In this document: piece by piece, positions 1-12,519 of the stretch
Layout: every line of letters begins with the position of its first letter
Numbering within the stretch: position 1 is the stretch's first letter
Notes under the pieces: generated by a model
Told to the model about the DNA's origin: nothing
Seen by the model: the letters and a program-made list of their open reading frames with translations, nothing else
Databases searched by the model: none
NCBI GenBank assembly: GCA_038087875.1
Contig: CM075978.1
Span: 175,026,001 to 175,090,000 of the forward strand
DNA from: Malacoraja senta
Lineage: Eukaryota
Reading direction: 5' to 3'
DNA length: 64,000 nt
Translations under genes and position numbers: made by a program

Positions 1-240
1 GGATAAACCGCCTGAACCGACAAAGTATCGAGGAAGCTGTAAACGTGGTTATAACGTTGGAAGGAACAATGGCTGGTGCGTAAAATTATCACCTACTCAA
101 ACGGCAATCACAATATGTCCATATTGCATATTGGCATCGAGACGATGGAAATGGGCAGATCTGTAAATGCATGTGGAATCGGTAAGATGTGGAATGTTGA
201 AACGAAATTACCTTGCAGTAAAAGGAGGGGATCGTAGACA

Positions 241-665
241 GGAATGGCGACTTCTCCCGCCCGAGTTGCGGGGTTGAGGATGACCTGGAGCGGGGCCTAA
301 CATCGCCCGGTGTAGCTTTAATAGCCGCGGGACTTGCTAGCGCACGCCGGGGGCTCCAACATCAAGACCCGGAGCGTGGCCTTGCATCGCCCGGCACGGC
401 TTTAATGGCCGCGGGACTTATTTATCATCGCCCGTCGGGGGCTTTAACTCTGACATCGGGATGAGAATGGGGAGTGCAGGGAAGAGATAAGACTTTGCCT
501 TCCATCACAGCGAGGAGGAGATTCGCTGTGATGGATGTTTGTGTAAATTGTGTTGTGTCTTGGTTCTTCTACTTGTTTGTATGACTGCAGAAACCAAATT
601 TCGTTTGAACGTCAATGAGGTTCAAATGACAACAAATAAATTGTATCATTGTATCATTTTATCAT
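241..665 (+). mobile_element. 5'-truncated copy of GC-rich non-autonomous retroelement (family A)
   Basis: Same internal repeats, CCATCACAG hairpin and GAGGTTCAAATGACAA...ATAAA tail as 25071-25925 and 59303-60190; ends in a (TATCAT)n-like tail. Confidence 0.75.
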
Positions 666-1561
666 CAAACAGTCTGATAACCCTGGACGTTGCCATTTCC
701 TTCCTCCCTTAAATGAACACGTTGGCCATCAACTATCAGTGTTTCATATGTACAGGATTCAGCCCTGTAGGCCTAACCGTAAATACAGTTTCAATTTGAC
801 ATGTCATATATTACGATAAATTTGCCACCTTCCCTATTCACCATCTTAATTTCCAGGCGATTGTAATCCTGATCCATGACTAACCTGAAACCTAAGTAAT
901 GGACGGTATCGAAAATGTTATCGCCAACCACTGGACCGTATAATTACCTTAAATTGCCCTAAGATTCTGCGCAGCATCGTCACAGTTGGATTACGTGCAT
1001 TCTAGCTCAGAATGTCTTTCTGGGCACAATTTGTCTTTAACACTAAACATTTTCGAAATAATATTGCCCTACTTGAAATCTCCAACTGCTAACATAGTAT
1101 TAATCTTAAATCATTCCGATTTGCCTACATCTGTGACGCAAACACCCGATAACACGTTTGATAGTAGGACTAATACATTTACAGTTTATCATCAAAGTGA
1201 TTGTTATTCTATAGAGCATAGACCATAGAATAGTACAGCACGGGAACGGGCCCATCGGGCCGCAATATTTGTGCTAAAGATGCCGTCAAACCGAAAAATT
1301 CTCCCTGTACATGGCTCATATTCCTCTATTGCCTGTTCTTCCATGTACCTCCAACACCACCAAAGCACTTCAGATCTCCCTTAAGATCTCAATTTTCAAC
1401 TATATATTTAGCCAAGTATTCTCCTGATCTATCCTCCCATTCCTATATTCATTCACAAGTGGTACTGGAAGAACTCTCCATTAAACAACATTCAGGGGTC
1501 TTGCTCCTTAAAATTTCTAAAGTCCAAAGTCAATGCACAACCACACTTCCCCATTGTGCTA

Positions 1562-1680
1562 CTACTTTGGCCATTGGGCACCAAACGTCTTTTTTTCGAA
1601 AGCGATCAATATTGGTCACACGATGCAACAAGCTATCCATAGCTTCGAAAGCACCGTGGATGCTGCACAGCGAATCCATC
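1562..1680 (-). CDS. Gene A candidate TM/last exon, activating type (Lys in TM), with in-frame TGA at 1618-1616
   Basis: CTGAC branch-like site and TTTAG acceptor; phase 1 matches the C1 donor; reads (G)WIRCAASTVLSKLWIACCIV*PILIAFEKKTFGAQWPK** and ends in TAG TAG. Confidence 0.55.
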
Positions 1681-1934
1681 CTAAATACCAGATGCGCAAG
1701 AACGTAAGTCAGAAGCTGATGTTTAATGCATTTCCTGAAGGAATGGCCGCGAGCGACATTAGACTTGTTGCTGGTCTCCCACAAAGGGCAGGATAAACAT
1801 TGCACGTGCCCACTTCTCCTGATACGTATTGTACTTAAATTTACTTAACACTCCAAATGGAACAACCAAGTCGGTTAAGGGCTTTATCTGCTCCAACTAC
1901 AATTTAGTACAATCGGAAATCCACGCAGTTAACT

Positions 1935-3840
1935 TTAGGGCTTAATTAGGAAAGGGAAAATAGATTATGAAAAAAACCTGGCAGGGAACATAAAAACTGA
2001 CTGCAAAAGCTTTCATAGATATGTGAAGAGAAAAAGATTAGTTAAAACAAATGTAGGTCCCTTGCAGTCAGAAACGGGTGAATTGATCATGGGGAACAAG
2101 GACATGGCAGACCATTTGAATAACTACTTTGGTTCTGTCTTCACTGACGAAGACATAAATAATCTGCCGGAAATAGCAGGGGACCGGGGGTCAAATGAGA
2201 TGGGGGAACTAAGTGAAATCCAGGTTAGTCGGGGTGTTAGGTAAATTGAATGGATGAAAGGCCGATAAAACCCTGGACCAGATAGGCTGCATCCCAGAGT
2301 GCTTAAGGAAGTAGCTCCAGAAATAGTGGATGCATTAGTGATAATTTTTCAAAAGTCTTTAGATTTTGGAGTAGTTCTTGAGGATTGGAGGGTAGCTAAT
2401 GTAACCCCACTTTTTAAAAAGGGAGGGAGAGAGAAAACGGGGAATTACAGACCAGTTAGTCTAACATCGGTAGTGGGGAAAATGCCTGAGTACGTTATTA
2501 AAGATGGGATAGCAGCACATTTGGAAAATGGTGAAATCATTGGACAAAGTCAGCATGGATTTATGAAAGGTAAATCATGTCTGACGAATCTTATAGAATT
2601 TTTCAAGGATGTAACTACTAGAGCGGATAAGGGAGACCCAGTGGATGTGTTATATCTGGACTTTCAGAAGGCTTTCGACAAGGTCCCACATAAGAGATTA
2701 GTATGCAAACTTAAAGCACACGTTATTGGGGGTTCCGTATTGATGTGGATAGAGAATTGGCTGGCAGACAGGAAGCAAAGAGTAGGAGTAAACGGGTGCA
2801 TTTCAGAATGGCAGGCAAGGGAACCACAAGGCTCAGGGCTGGGACCCCAGCTATTTACAATATATATTAATGATTTGGACGAGGGAATTGAATGCAACAT
2901 CTCCAAGTTTGCGGATGACACGAAGCTGGGGGGGGGGGGGCAGTGTTAGCTGTGAGGAGGATGCTAGGAAGCTGCAAGGTGACTTGGATAGGTTGGGTGA
3001 GTGGGCAGGTGCAGTATAATGTGGATATATGTGAGGTTATCCACTTTGGTGGCAAGAACAGGAAAGTAGACTGTTATCTGAATGGTAGCCGATTAGAAAA
3101 AGGGGAGATGCAACGAGACCTGGGTGTCATGGTACACCAGTCATTGAAAGTAGGCATGCAGGTGCAGCAGGCAGTGAAGAAAGCGAATGGTATGTTAGCA
3201 TTCATAACAAAAGGATTTGAGTATAGGAGCAGGGAGGTTCTACTGCAGTTGTACAGGGCCTCGGTGAGACCACACCTGGAGTATTGCGTACAGTATTGGT
3301 CTCCTAATCTGAGGAAAGACATTCTTGCCATAGAGGGAGTACAGAGAAGGTTCGCCAGACTGATTCCTGGGATGGTAAGACTTTCATATGAAGAAAGACT
3401 GGATAGACTCGGCTTGTACTCGCTAGAATTTAGAAGATTGAGGGGGGATCTTATAGAAACTTACAAAATTCTTCAGGGGGTGGACAGGCTAAATGCAGGA
3501 AGATTGTTCCTGATGTTGGGGAAGTCCAGGACAAGGGGTCACAGTTTAAGGATAAGGGGTGAGTCTTTTAGGTCCGAGATGAGAATTTTTTTTCACACAG
3601 AGAGTGGTGAATCTGTGGAATTCTCTGCCACAGAAAGTAGTTGAGGCCAGTTCATTGTCTATATTTAAGAGGGAGTTCGATGTGGCCCTTGTGGCTAAAG
3701 GAATCAGGGGGTATGGGGAGAAGGCAGGTACAGGATACTGAGTTGGATGATCAGCCATGATCATATTGAATGGCGGTGCAGGTTCGAAGGGTCGAATGGC
3801 CTACTTTCTATTTTCTATGTTTCTATGTTTCTATGTTTAA
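1935..3840 (+). mobile_element. CR1 LINE, 5'-truncated, frameshifted RT
   Basis: ORFs 2299-2949 and 2943-3644 with [13 protein letters not shown] and SKFADDTKL motifs; (TTTCTATG)n tail at ~3805-3840. Confidence 0.95.
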
Positions 3841-3983
3841 CAATAGAATTAAGGCAGTAAGCAAGATAGAATTACAATACTTTTGCAACTTAGCAATCAT
3901 CCTCTCCATCGAAGCCACTTTCCTTTCCAAACACGACTGTCTGAATCCGCTACAATCGAACCTTCTAAAGTTTTCTACGTTAC

Positions 3984-4289
3984 CTGTTTTGAAATCCGGA
4001 ACATCATACGCTGCAGTCAATGGAGTAGGAAGAGTGAGGTGTGCCACTTGGCAAATATAGACCGACCCGCCCTGGTGTGTCCTTGTTTCCTTTAAATGAC
4101 TGGAAACTTCATATAATCCATTCATAGTCAGTTTTACCGTTGTATGTATGTCCACGAAAATCTCAATGCCATTTCGGTACCAAGTAAGGTTAAGTGACTC
4201 CGGGTAAAATTCATCCGCTTTACATAAGAGATTCAATGTGGTGGAGTTTTGATCAGGCAGTTTGGAGATTCTGAGCTGAGCTGGTGGAA
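3984..4289 (-). CDS. Gene A exon: Ig C1-set domain (SIRP/B7-H6-like)
   Basis: tttgcag acceptor, AG|GTAAC donor, 306 bp, phase 1-1; LLCKADEFYPESLNLTWYRNG...YICQVAHLTL. Confidence 0.92.
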
Positions 4290-4455
4290 CTGCAAATGTA
4301 AAGCAGAAAATGTATTTGTGATCCGAAAAACAACTACACGACATAACTGTTTTGTACAATACTGGTCGACGACCTCATAATTACACAGTTATGGGAACGT
4401 TCAGGATTAGCATATTGTCGGCTGTTTTTTTCGGATATTAACAACATAAATCGTA

Positions 4456-5608
4456 GGTGGACAAAAATGTTGGAGAAACTTAACGGGTGAGGCAGCATCT
4501 GTGAAGGTGACGTTTCGGGTCGAGACCCTTCTTCAGACTGATGTGGGGGTGGGAAGAAGAAAGGAAGAGGCGGATACAGAGGCTGTGGGAGAGCTGGGAA
4601 GGGGATAAAGCAAGGAATACCTGGAATTGGAGAAGTCAACTTTCATACCAATGGGGTGTAAACTACCCAAACAAAATATGAGATGCTTCTCCTCCAATTT
4701 GCGGTGGGACTCACTCTGGCCATGGAGGAGGCCCAGACAGAAAGGTCGGATTCTGAATGGGAGGGGCAGTTGCAGTGCTGATCAGGTTGGTTAATGTGAA
4801 CTGAGTGGAGGTGGAGGGCGAAGCGATCGCCAAACCTGCGATTGGCCTCACCGATGTAAAGTAGTTGACACCTGGAACAGCGGATGCAATAGATGAAGTT
4901 GGAGGAGGTGCAGGCGAACCTCTACCTCACCTGGAAAGACTGCTTTGGTCCTTGGATGGAGTTGGGGGGGGGAAGAGGTAAAGCGACAAGTGTAGCGTTT
5001 CCTGCATTTGCAAGGGAGAGTTCCAGGGGAGGGGGTGGGAAGGGACGAATTGACCAGGGCATTACGGAGGGAGCGGTCGCTGCAGAAAGCCAAAAGGGGA
5101 GAAGATGGGAAGAAGTGGCCAGTGGTGGGATCCCATTGGAGGTGGTGAAAAGGTCATAGGATAATCTGTTGTACGTGATGGTTGGTAGGGTGGAAGGTGA
5201 GGACAAGGAGGACTCTCTCTGTGTTATGCGTGGGGGGGGGGGTGGGAGTGAGAGCGGAGCTGCGGGATATGGAGGAGACCCTGGTGAGAGCCTCATCTAT
5301 AGTCGAAGACGGGAACCCACGTTTCATAAAGAATGAGGACATCTCCGATGCCCTGGTTTGGAACACCTCATCCTGGGTGCAGATGCGGCGTAGACGGAGG
5401 AATTGGGAGTAGGAGAGTCCTTACAGAAAGCAGGGCGTGAAGAAGTGTAGTCCAGATAACCATGGGAGTCAGTGGGTTTGTAGCAGATGTCGGTCCGTTG
5501 CCTGCGATGGAGATAATGAGGTCTAGAAACGGTAGGGAGATGTCGGAAATTGTCCAGGTGAATTTGAGTGCCGTATGGAAGTTGGTGGTGAAACGGATGC
5601 AGTCGTCA
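4456..5608 (-). mobile_element. Penelope-like element fragment (end of RT, GIY-YIG endonuclease, terminal pLTR-like repeat)
   Basis: Minus strand reads IYCIRCSRCQLLYIGEA at ~4840-4900; element absent at the paralogous site ~63950. Confidence 0.85.
4506..4539 (-). ncRNA. Minimal hammerhead-ribozyme-like motif at the Penelope 3' end
   Basis: CTGAAGA-A-GGGTC(TC)GACCC-GAAACGTC-AC; core resembles CUGANGA...GAAA...UH. Confidence 0.55.
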
Positions 5609-6480
5609 TCAGCCGTGCAATCTGATTCTGTACACGTCCTTTAAAAATAAAAGCCTTAATGAGAAACTTGACAGCAAGCATCTGAGAAAAATGAAAAATT
5701 TTAATCGTGCCCATTTTTTCAAAGAGTGTGAATTGTTGAATTTTATCAAAAAATGGTCAGTTTATCTTTAACTAACTCGCAACTTTACGGATTTGCTCTG
5801 TTTTTCAAATCTCAGACTGAGCACCATATATTACTTAGTTTTCTTGAAGTAAGAACAAATTAATTGGTAAATTTGAAAAAACACATAGGAATATCAGGTT
5901 TAGCCATTTATGTTTACTCGGGAGAGTGGGGAAGACGTTAAATACCGCTCCGGCAATTTCATAACGCGTTGGATATAAAAAAAAAGATCCAGCTAGGGTA
6001 GAAGGCCAGCAGGGCGGGTCCATAATGAGGGGGAATGTTGGAGACGGGAGAAGTGACCGTAACAGGGCGACGGTTGATGCCGCACCGGCAGTTGGAAATA
6101 AAATGGTCCAAATAAATGCTTCCCAACTGTGCCGGTCTATTGCATTCAAAATTTTCTCCTGCCCCTCCTCTCTTCCAGCTTTATACCTCCCACCCAGTGC
6201 AGATATTAGATAGCATTAATCAGCCTCGGAAAGTACTGCTGAAGATAGTAACTGTGTTGGAATCTGCGTTTCGGCGAATTTGGAGCAACGTCCGCATATT
6301 AGCAGCAAACAAACCAACCAATTAAACAGTTGTCCTAAGATCTTAAGACACAATATTACAAAGCACATGGGTACTTCGAATGGAAAACCTGGTCACATTG
6401 CTTTCCAGAATTATAGAATTGAACAAAAATAGAATAATATCACCATATTGCAGCACATTTGCTTTTACTGTCACACATAC

Positions 6481-6801
6481 CGAAGACTTTGATTCTGGAG
6501 CCAGATCCATTAACAATTTCACTTCCCTGGATTCCCACTCCGCAGTAATAGACTCCAGCATCATCTGCACGGATATTCAATATATGCAAGGAGGCTCCAC
6601 CTTGTTTAAAACGAACAAATATCTTCCTACTGTCAGAGGCTGTTTGCAGAATGTTCTGTTCGCCAAGTTTCCACCAATAAAATTCCACAGGTGGACTATT
6701 TTGCGATAGTCCAATAATGCAATAGAGAGTGATATTTGAATATAAGATCACGTGTTTGCTCAAAGGAGATTGAACGACTTGGTAGTGAGCATCAACGGCA
6801 A
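6481..6801 (-). CDS. Gene A exon: Ig V-set domain with J-like G strand (NGSGSRIKVF)
   Basis: ctgctacag acceptor, G|GTATGT donor, 321 bp, phase 1-1; ITLYC, FYWWK, DAGVYYC. Confidence 0.93.
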
Positions 6802-6969
6802 CTGTAGCAGAAGAAAATCAAAAATTATCCCATAACAGACGAGGACAGACACAATTAATCACAATTTTAAAGGATGCGTGAATGTGGATGTGCGTTCGAT
6901 ATACGGGTGCTGATCACAGAGGGTGTAGGTCAGTAAGAGGATGAAAACAAAAGAACAATCGAGTAATAC

Positions 6970-7024
6970 CTGCATTTATAATCAAGAGCGACGATAACAA
7001 CAGAACCACATCCCGAAACGGCAT
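6970..7024 (-). CDS. Gene A signal-peptide exon MPFRDVVLLLSSLLIINA
   Basis: ATG at 7024, hydrophobic core, phase-1 donor G|GTATT matching the V exon; conserved at 62322-62376. Confidence 0.82.
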
Positions 7025-9029
7025 ACTGAACTATGAAAATCATGTCCTAGGAAGTCCGAAATTCACTCAGGAGTTGCTGAAAGCAGCATGTAAGTAAAGT
7101 ATGATCTGGACAAAGAGAAATAGAGTTAACTTTTCTGTTCGAAAGACTTGGTCAAATGGAACATGTTGCACAATGCATTACCATGTCTCTGCTGTGAAAG
7201 AAAGGTTACGCGATTTGACGTGGGCTGAAGGAAATGACGTCCGATACGAAATTACCCAATTGCAGCTGTTCAGAAATGAGCTTCGGGATAAATTCTGGAA
7301 ACAACCTGTCGGTAGTGAATGTCATGTTCCGTGATGCAAACACATATTTGCCATCCATCCAGACGAATCTTGTCTTTGCTGAGTTTACCAATGAACTTCA
7401 TGCTAGTAGCTGCAGGTTTATATCAGAACAGAAAATTAAAAGTCTTCCACATATGTAGAAACTGAAAGAAGTCGGACATCCGAAAATACTAATAACCAGA
7501 TAGAAAATGACGTAAATGCGAAAAGGAAAGCTTTAAATATTTCTGTCGGCCATTAATGATTTGGATTGTGCCACCAACGTGTCACAAGACGTATTTAGTA
7601 TATAAGATAGATCCATCTTGGGACACTACCAACCCTTCTCCAAAGTACTATGTCCTATTCTTGACACATTAGTGGTAACATTAAAGGAACTATTAGCAAA
7701 ACAAACGGAAATGCCGAAAATATATACAGTAGCTGGTTATAGAACCGTCCTATCAGAGAATCGCAGAATCGTACAACAGTGCAACAAGCCTTGGTGTAGC
7801 TGCGCCAGCTACAACAACTGTGAATCATGTCTTCGCTAAACCCAATTGTTTGCGAGTCCGGCATCACTCTCTATTTTTCCTTTCTGTATACCTGTCGAAA
7901 TTTCTTCTGGACGTTGTAATTGTAATTGTGTTTGCCTTTCCGTCATGTTTGAAATAAACGTGCCTCTCCTTCTCTCCCATCCATTACATATTAAATGTTC
8001 CTATGTGTTGTAATTACCATCCAGTGACTGCCACATGTTCGTCTACGAATACGCTATTCCCAAATATGCCCCATCATTTTAACCTTAAACACAAGCGCGT
8101 CGGTCGCTTCTTCGTTGTTGCTAAAGCTGCACCACAAGTCCCCTTTTGATGTAACATTTGACATTTGGTGTTCAGAAGGGTGCCGCGATATTTGCTAAAC
8201 GGTCCTCGATTCTATGCCTGGTCCTGCCGACATACAGGACGAACATCGGATGCAGTTGACGAGTTTAGAAGATGTGCACGTTGCACTTTACTCTAGCACA
8301 ATGTGTTTAAAAAAATATATAAAGCAGCATTTGCTTCTTGCCATGGCCGATTCGGCGGAAACGGAACCAGATAACGTTTTACGTCCCACAACTTTCATTG
8401 GACTAGGAAAGAGTGTTTCTATCGATGGCGGATAAATTGGAGGACTAGGGAAAGGGAAACAACTCTGAGTAAACCCGTCTTTGAGGTTGCGGTTAGCATC
8501 AGTTATGCGTCTTTGTCTATGAAGCATGTTGCTAATAATGAAGCTCTGAGACGTATCCAGCAGGCTGTGGCATACCAAAATGGAATGAAAAGAGAGGTAC
8601 TGTGATGAGAGGGAGAAATTGGCATTTATGATACACACGGAAATAGTCTCAATTACTTAAGTCGGAGAGGTCTGCAATAAGCCTAGATGATTGAGCGTTC
8701 TTATAACAGTTTCATTTGGATTTGGATGGTTAAACAGAATAGTCAGTGGGTGAGGGTCGCAACCGGATGCTCAAGGTCTCTCTGAAAAGTCATCAAACAA
8801 TCTAGTTTCTTTTCTCCAATGCAGAGGGGAACGATTTGTGAACACCGAATTTTAATGTCAAACCGGAGGAAGTACAAAAAAATCGCTGCTTAACATGGAA
8901 AAAATATTTCCGTCTCTGCATGTTGGGAAAATTAATTGTTCCTCCTATGGTATAAATGCTATAAAACAGATCTATTTAGGTGAATGTGATTGAGCAGACC
9001 TTGGATTCACCAAGAAGGTAATCATTTCA

Positions 9030-11330
9030 ATAGACAATAGAGAATAGGTGCAGGAGAAGGCCATTCGGCTCTTCGAGCCAGCACCGCCGTTCAATGTGAT
9101 CATGGCTGATCATCCCCAATCAGTACCCCGTTCCTGCAATCTCCACATATCCCCTGACTCCGCTATCTTTAAAGGGTACTATCTAGCTCTCTCTTTAAAG
9201 CATCCAGAGAACCTGCCATCTGAGCCAGAGAATTCCACAGACTCACAACTCTCTGTGAGAAAAAGTGTTTCCTCGTCTCCGTTCTAAATGGCTTACCCCT
9301 TATTCTTAGACTGTGGCCCCATGGTTCTGGACTCCCCCAACATCTGGAACATGTTTCCTACCTCTAGCGTGTCCAACCCCTGAACAATCGTATATGTTTC
9401 AATAAGATCCCCTCTCATCCTAAACTCCCGAGTGTACAAGCCCAGCCGCTCCATTCTCTCAGCATATGACAGTCCCGCCACCCGGTATTTAACCTAGTAA
9501 ACCTACGCTGCACTCCCTCAATAGCAAGAATGTCCTTCCTAAAATTAGGGGACCAAAACTGCACACAATACTCCAGGTGTGGTCTCACTAGGGTTCTGTA
9601 CGACTGCAGAAGGACCTCTTTGCTCCTATACTCGACTCCTCTTGTTATAAAGGCCAACATGCCATTCGCCTTCTTCGCTGCCTGCTGTACCTGCATGCTT
9701 ACTTCCATAGACTGATGAACAAGGACCCCCAGATCCCGTCGTACTTCCCCTTTTCCCAACTTGGCGCCATTTAGATAGTAATCTGCCTTCCTGTATTTGA
9801 TACCAAAGTGGATAACCTCACATTTATCCACATTAAACTTCATCTGCCATGCATCTGCCCACTCCCCCAACCTGTCCAGGTCACTCTGCATTCTCATGGC
9901 ATCCTCCTCACAGTTCACACTGCCACCCATCTTTGTATCATCTGCAAATTTGCTAATGTTACTTTGCATCCTTTCATCCAAATCATTGATGCATAATGTA
10001 AATAGCTGCGGTCCCAGCACCGAGTCTTGCGGTACCACACTAGTCACTGCCTGCCATTCTGAAAGGGACCCGATAATCCCTACACTTTGTTTCCTGTCTG
10101 CCAACCAATTTTCTATCCATGTCAGCACTCTACCCCAAAACTATGTGCCCTAATTTTGCCCACTAATCTCCAATGTGGGACCTTATCAAATGCTTTCTGA
10201 AAGTCCAGGTACACTACATCCATTGGCTCTCCCTTGTCCATTTTCCTAGTTACATCTTCAAAAAATTCCAGAAGATTAGTCAAGCCTGATTTCCCCTTCG
10301 TAAATCCATGCTGACTCGGACCTATCCTGTTACTGCTATCCAAAATGTGCGGCTATTTCATCTTTTATAATTGATTCCAGCATCTTCCCCACTGGTCAGG
10401 CTAACTGGTCTATAGTTCCCTGTTTTCTCTCTCCCGCCTTTCTTAAAAAGTGGGATAATATTAGCTATCCTCCAATCCACAGGAACTGATCCCGAGTATA
10501 GAACATTGGAAAATTATCACCAATGCATCCACGATTTCTAGAGCCACTTCCTTACGTATCCTGGGATGCTGACCACCAGGCCCTAGGGATTGATCAGCCT
10601 TCAGTCCAATCAGTCTACCCAACACCATATCCCGCCTAAAGTGGATTTCCTTCATTTCCTCCGTCACCCCAGATCCTCTGGCCACTACTGTATCAGGAAG
10701 ATTATTTGTGACCTCCTTAGTGAAGACGGATCCAAAGTACCTGTTCAACTCATCTGCCATTTCCTTGTTCCCCATAATAAATTCAAATTTTTCGGTCTTC
10801 AAGGGTACAACTTTGGTCTTAACTAATTTTTTTCTCTTCACATACCGAAAAAATGTTTTGCTATCCTCCTTTATATTCTTGTCTAGCTTACCTTCGTACC
10901 TCATCTTTACTCCCCGTATTGTCTTTTTAGTTATATTCTGTTGCTGTTTAAACATTACCCAATCCTCTTTCTTCCCGCTCATCTTTGCTACCATGTACTT
11001 CTTCTATTTTATTTTTATACTGTCCCTGACGTCCCTTATCAGCCACGGTCGCCCCTTACTCCCCTTGGAATCTTTCTTCCTCCTAGGAATGAACTGATCC
11101 TGCACCTTCTGTATTATTCGTAGAAATACCTGCCATTTTGTTCCACTGTCATCCCTGCTAGTGTATCTTTTCAGTCAACTTTGGCCAGCTCCTCCTTCAT
11201 GGCCCCATAGTCCCCTTTATTCAACTGTAACACTGACACCTTCGATCTCCCCCTCTCCCTCTCCAATTGTTGATTAAAGCTGACCATGTTATGGTCACCT
11301 CCTCCTAATGGCTCATTACCATCGAGGTCC
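9030..11330 (-). mobile_element. CR1 LINE, 5'-truncated
   Basis: RT ORFs 9415-10128, 10122-10343, 10461-10994; (TATTGTC)-type tail at ~9030; absent in the paralogous copy. Confidence 0.95.
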
Positions 11331-12519
11331 TTTATTCAAAACATTGAAACGAAGAGGAAGATATCTCCGATTTAAGAGGATTTTGCCAGGACCTTGGATT
11401 CACGAAGAAGGTAATCATTGCAAAACACTGAAACGTAGAGGAATACATCCCTAATTTACGAGGATGTTGCTATGACTAGAGGGTGTAGGCTATAGGGAGA
11501 GGTTGAGCAGGTTTCATGGGCGGAAAGGGGAGACGACGACACAGGGGAACATGTTCCCTCCATGTTTTGAGAGATGGGGACAATCCCCCCCATGTTTTGT
11601 GAAACATGTCTTTTGTAATCAGTTCAATCCGATCGCGAGCTGAGGAGTCGCGGCCGCATGCATGGCCAGCTGGCTCAGACTCTGAAAATAATTGAATATT
11701 ATCCTTTGGTAAAGATAAACGCTCATCCATTCCTCATACAATACACAAAATAGGTTGCAGCAAAAGCAAAGCCGCATTGGAATTGTACATCTTTATAAGG
11801 CTCTCTGGTTTAATGAGTACTGCAGAACGATTGGGGTCGTTTATCACTTCACTGTGAGATAAAAACGACGTGTTAACTGTCATATCTCACTGTTATTTCG
11901 ATGCGTCACCAATCAATACGTCGATATGCATTCCTCAGTAAATATAATTGTGTTTTGACCATCTTTGGTTTTGACCTTCAAGTATTGATGACGCGTTTCT
12001 TTGAATAAAATTCACGCGAGAATATCTTAAAACAGTCCGATGCGGGTATAATTACCATTTGAACTTTGGTGGCAGACGAAGTATGCTGGAGGAACACAGC
12101 GGGTGAGGCAGCATCTATGTAGAGAAGGAATAGGCAACGTTTCGGGTCTCGACTCTTCTTCAGACCATTTGTGAACTTTGAATGTATTGGTGGATGGGAA
12201 AGATTTAAACGGGTATCGGAGGGTCATCCGGCTGCCGAGCTGGTGTGCAGGTATAGCCCCTTATTCACCCACGTTATTTAGTCATTTTTACCCATCATTT
12301 AGGGATGTTATATGAATTTAAACAAATTAAGTATGTTTATGTTTATTTTTGTTAGTTTATCAAAAGTTTATTTATGTATGCTTTTGTTAGTTTGTGAGAA
12401 GTTTATACATGTTGTCCCCCCCATCTCTCCGTCTCTCTCCTCCAAGTTTAGTACTTCTGTTTGCCTTTATTTGCTTCAGTTTTATTTAGTGTTATTCATC
12501 ACGTTGCAGCTTTTGAAAG

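Noticed and set aside
61-190. Plus-strand frame with SILHI and a G|GTAAG donor resembling a V fragment
   Set aside because: Lacks the D-x-G-x-Y-x-C motif and correct spacing; cut off by the window edge
1533-1796. Plus-strand 87-aa ORF, and the overlapping minus ORF 1530-1805
   Set aside because: No recognisable domain; a different minus-strand frame explains the region better as the gene A TM exon
2664-3331. Antisense ORFs over CR1 and Rex1 elements, here and elsewhere
   Set aside because: Shadow frames of reverse-transcriptase coding sequence
3823-4359. ORF-track 178-aa ORF as a standalone gene
   Set aside because: Only 3984-4289 is a bounded C1 exon; the N-terminal part is intronic and the tail runs into a CR1 microsatellite
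5835-6149. 104-aa ORF with a hydrophobic stretch, also present at 63416-63721, as a possible TM exon
   Set aside because: It lies in the V-C1 intron; conservation is explained by the segmental duplication; the two copies diverge by frameshift-like changes; no convincing splice sites
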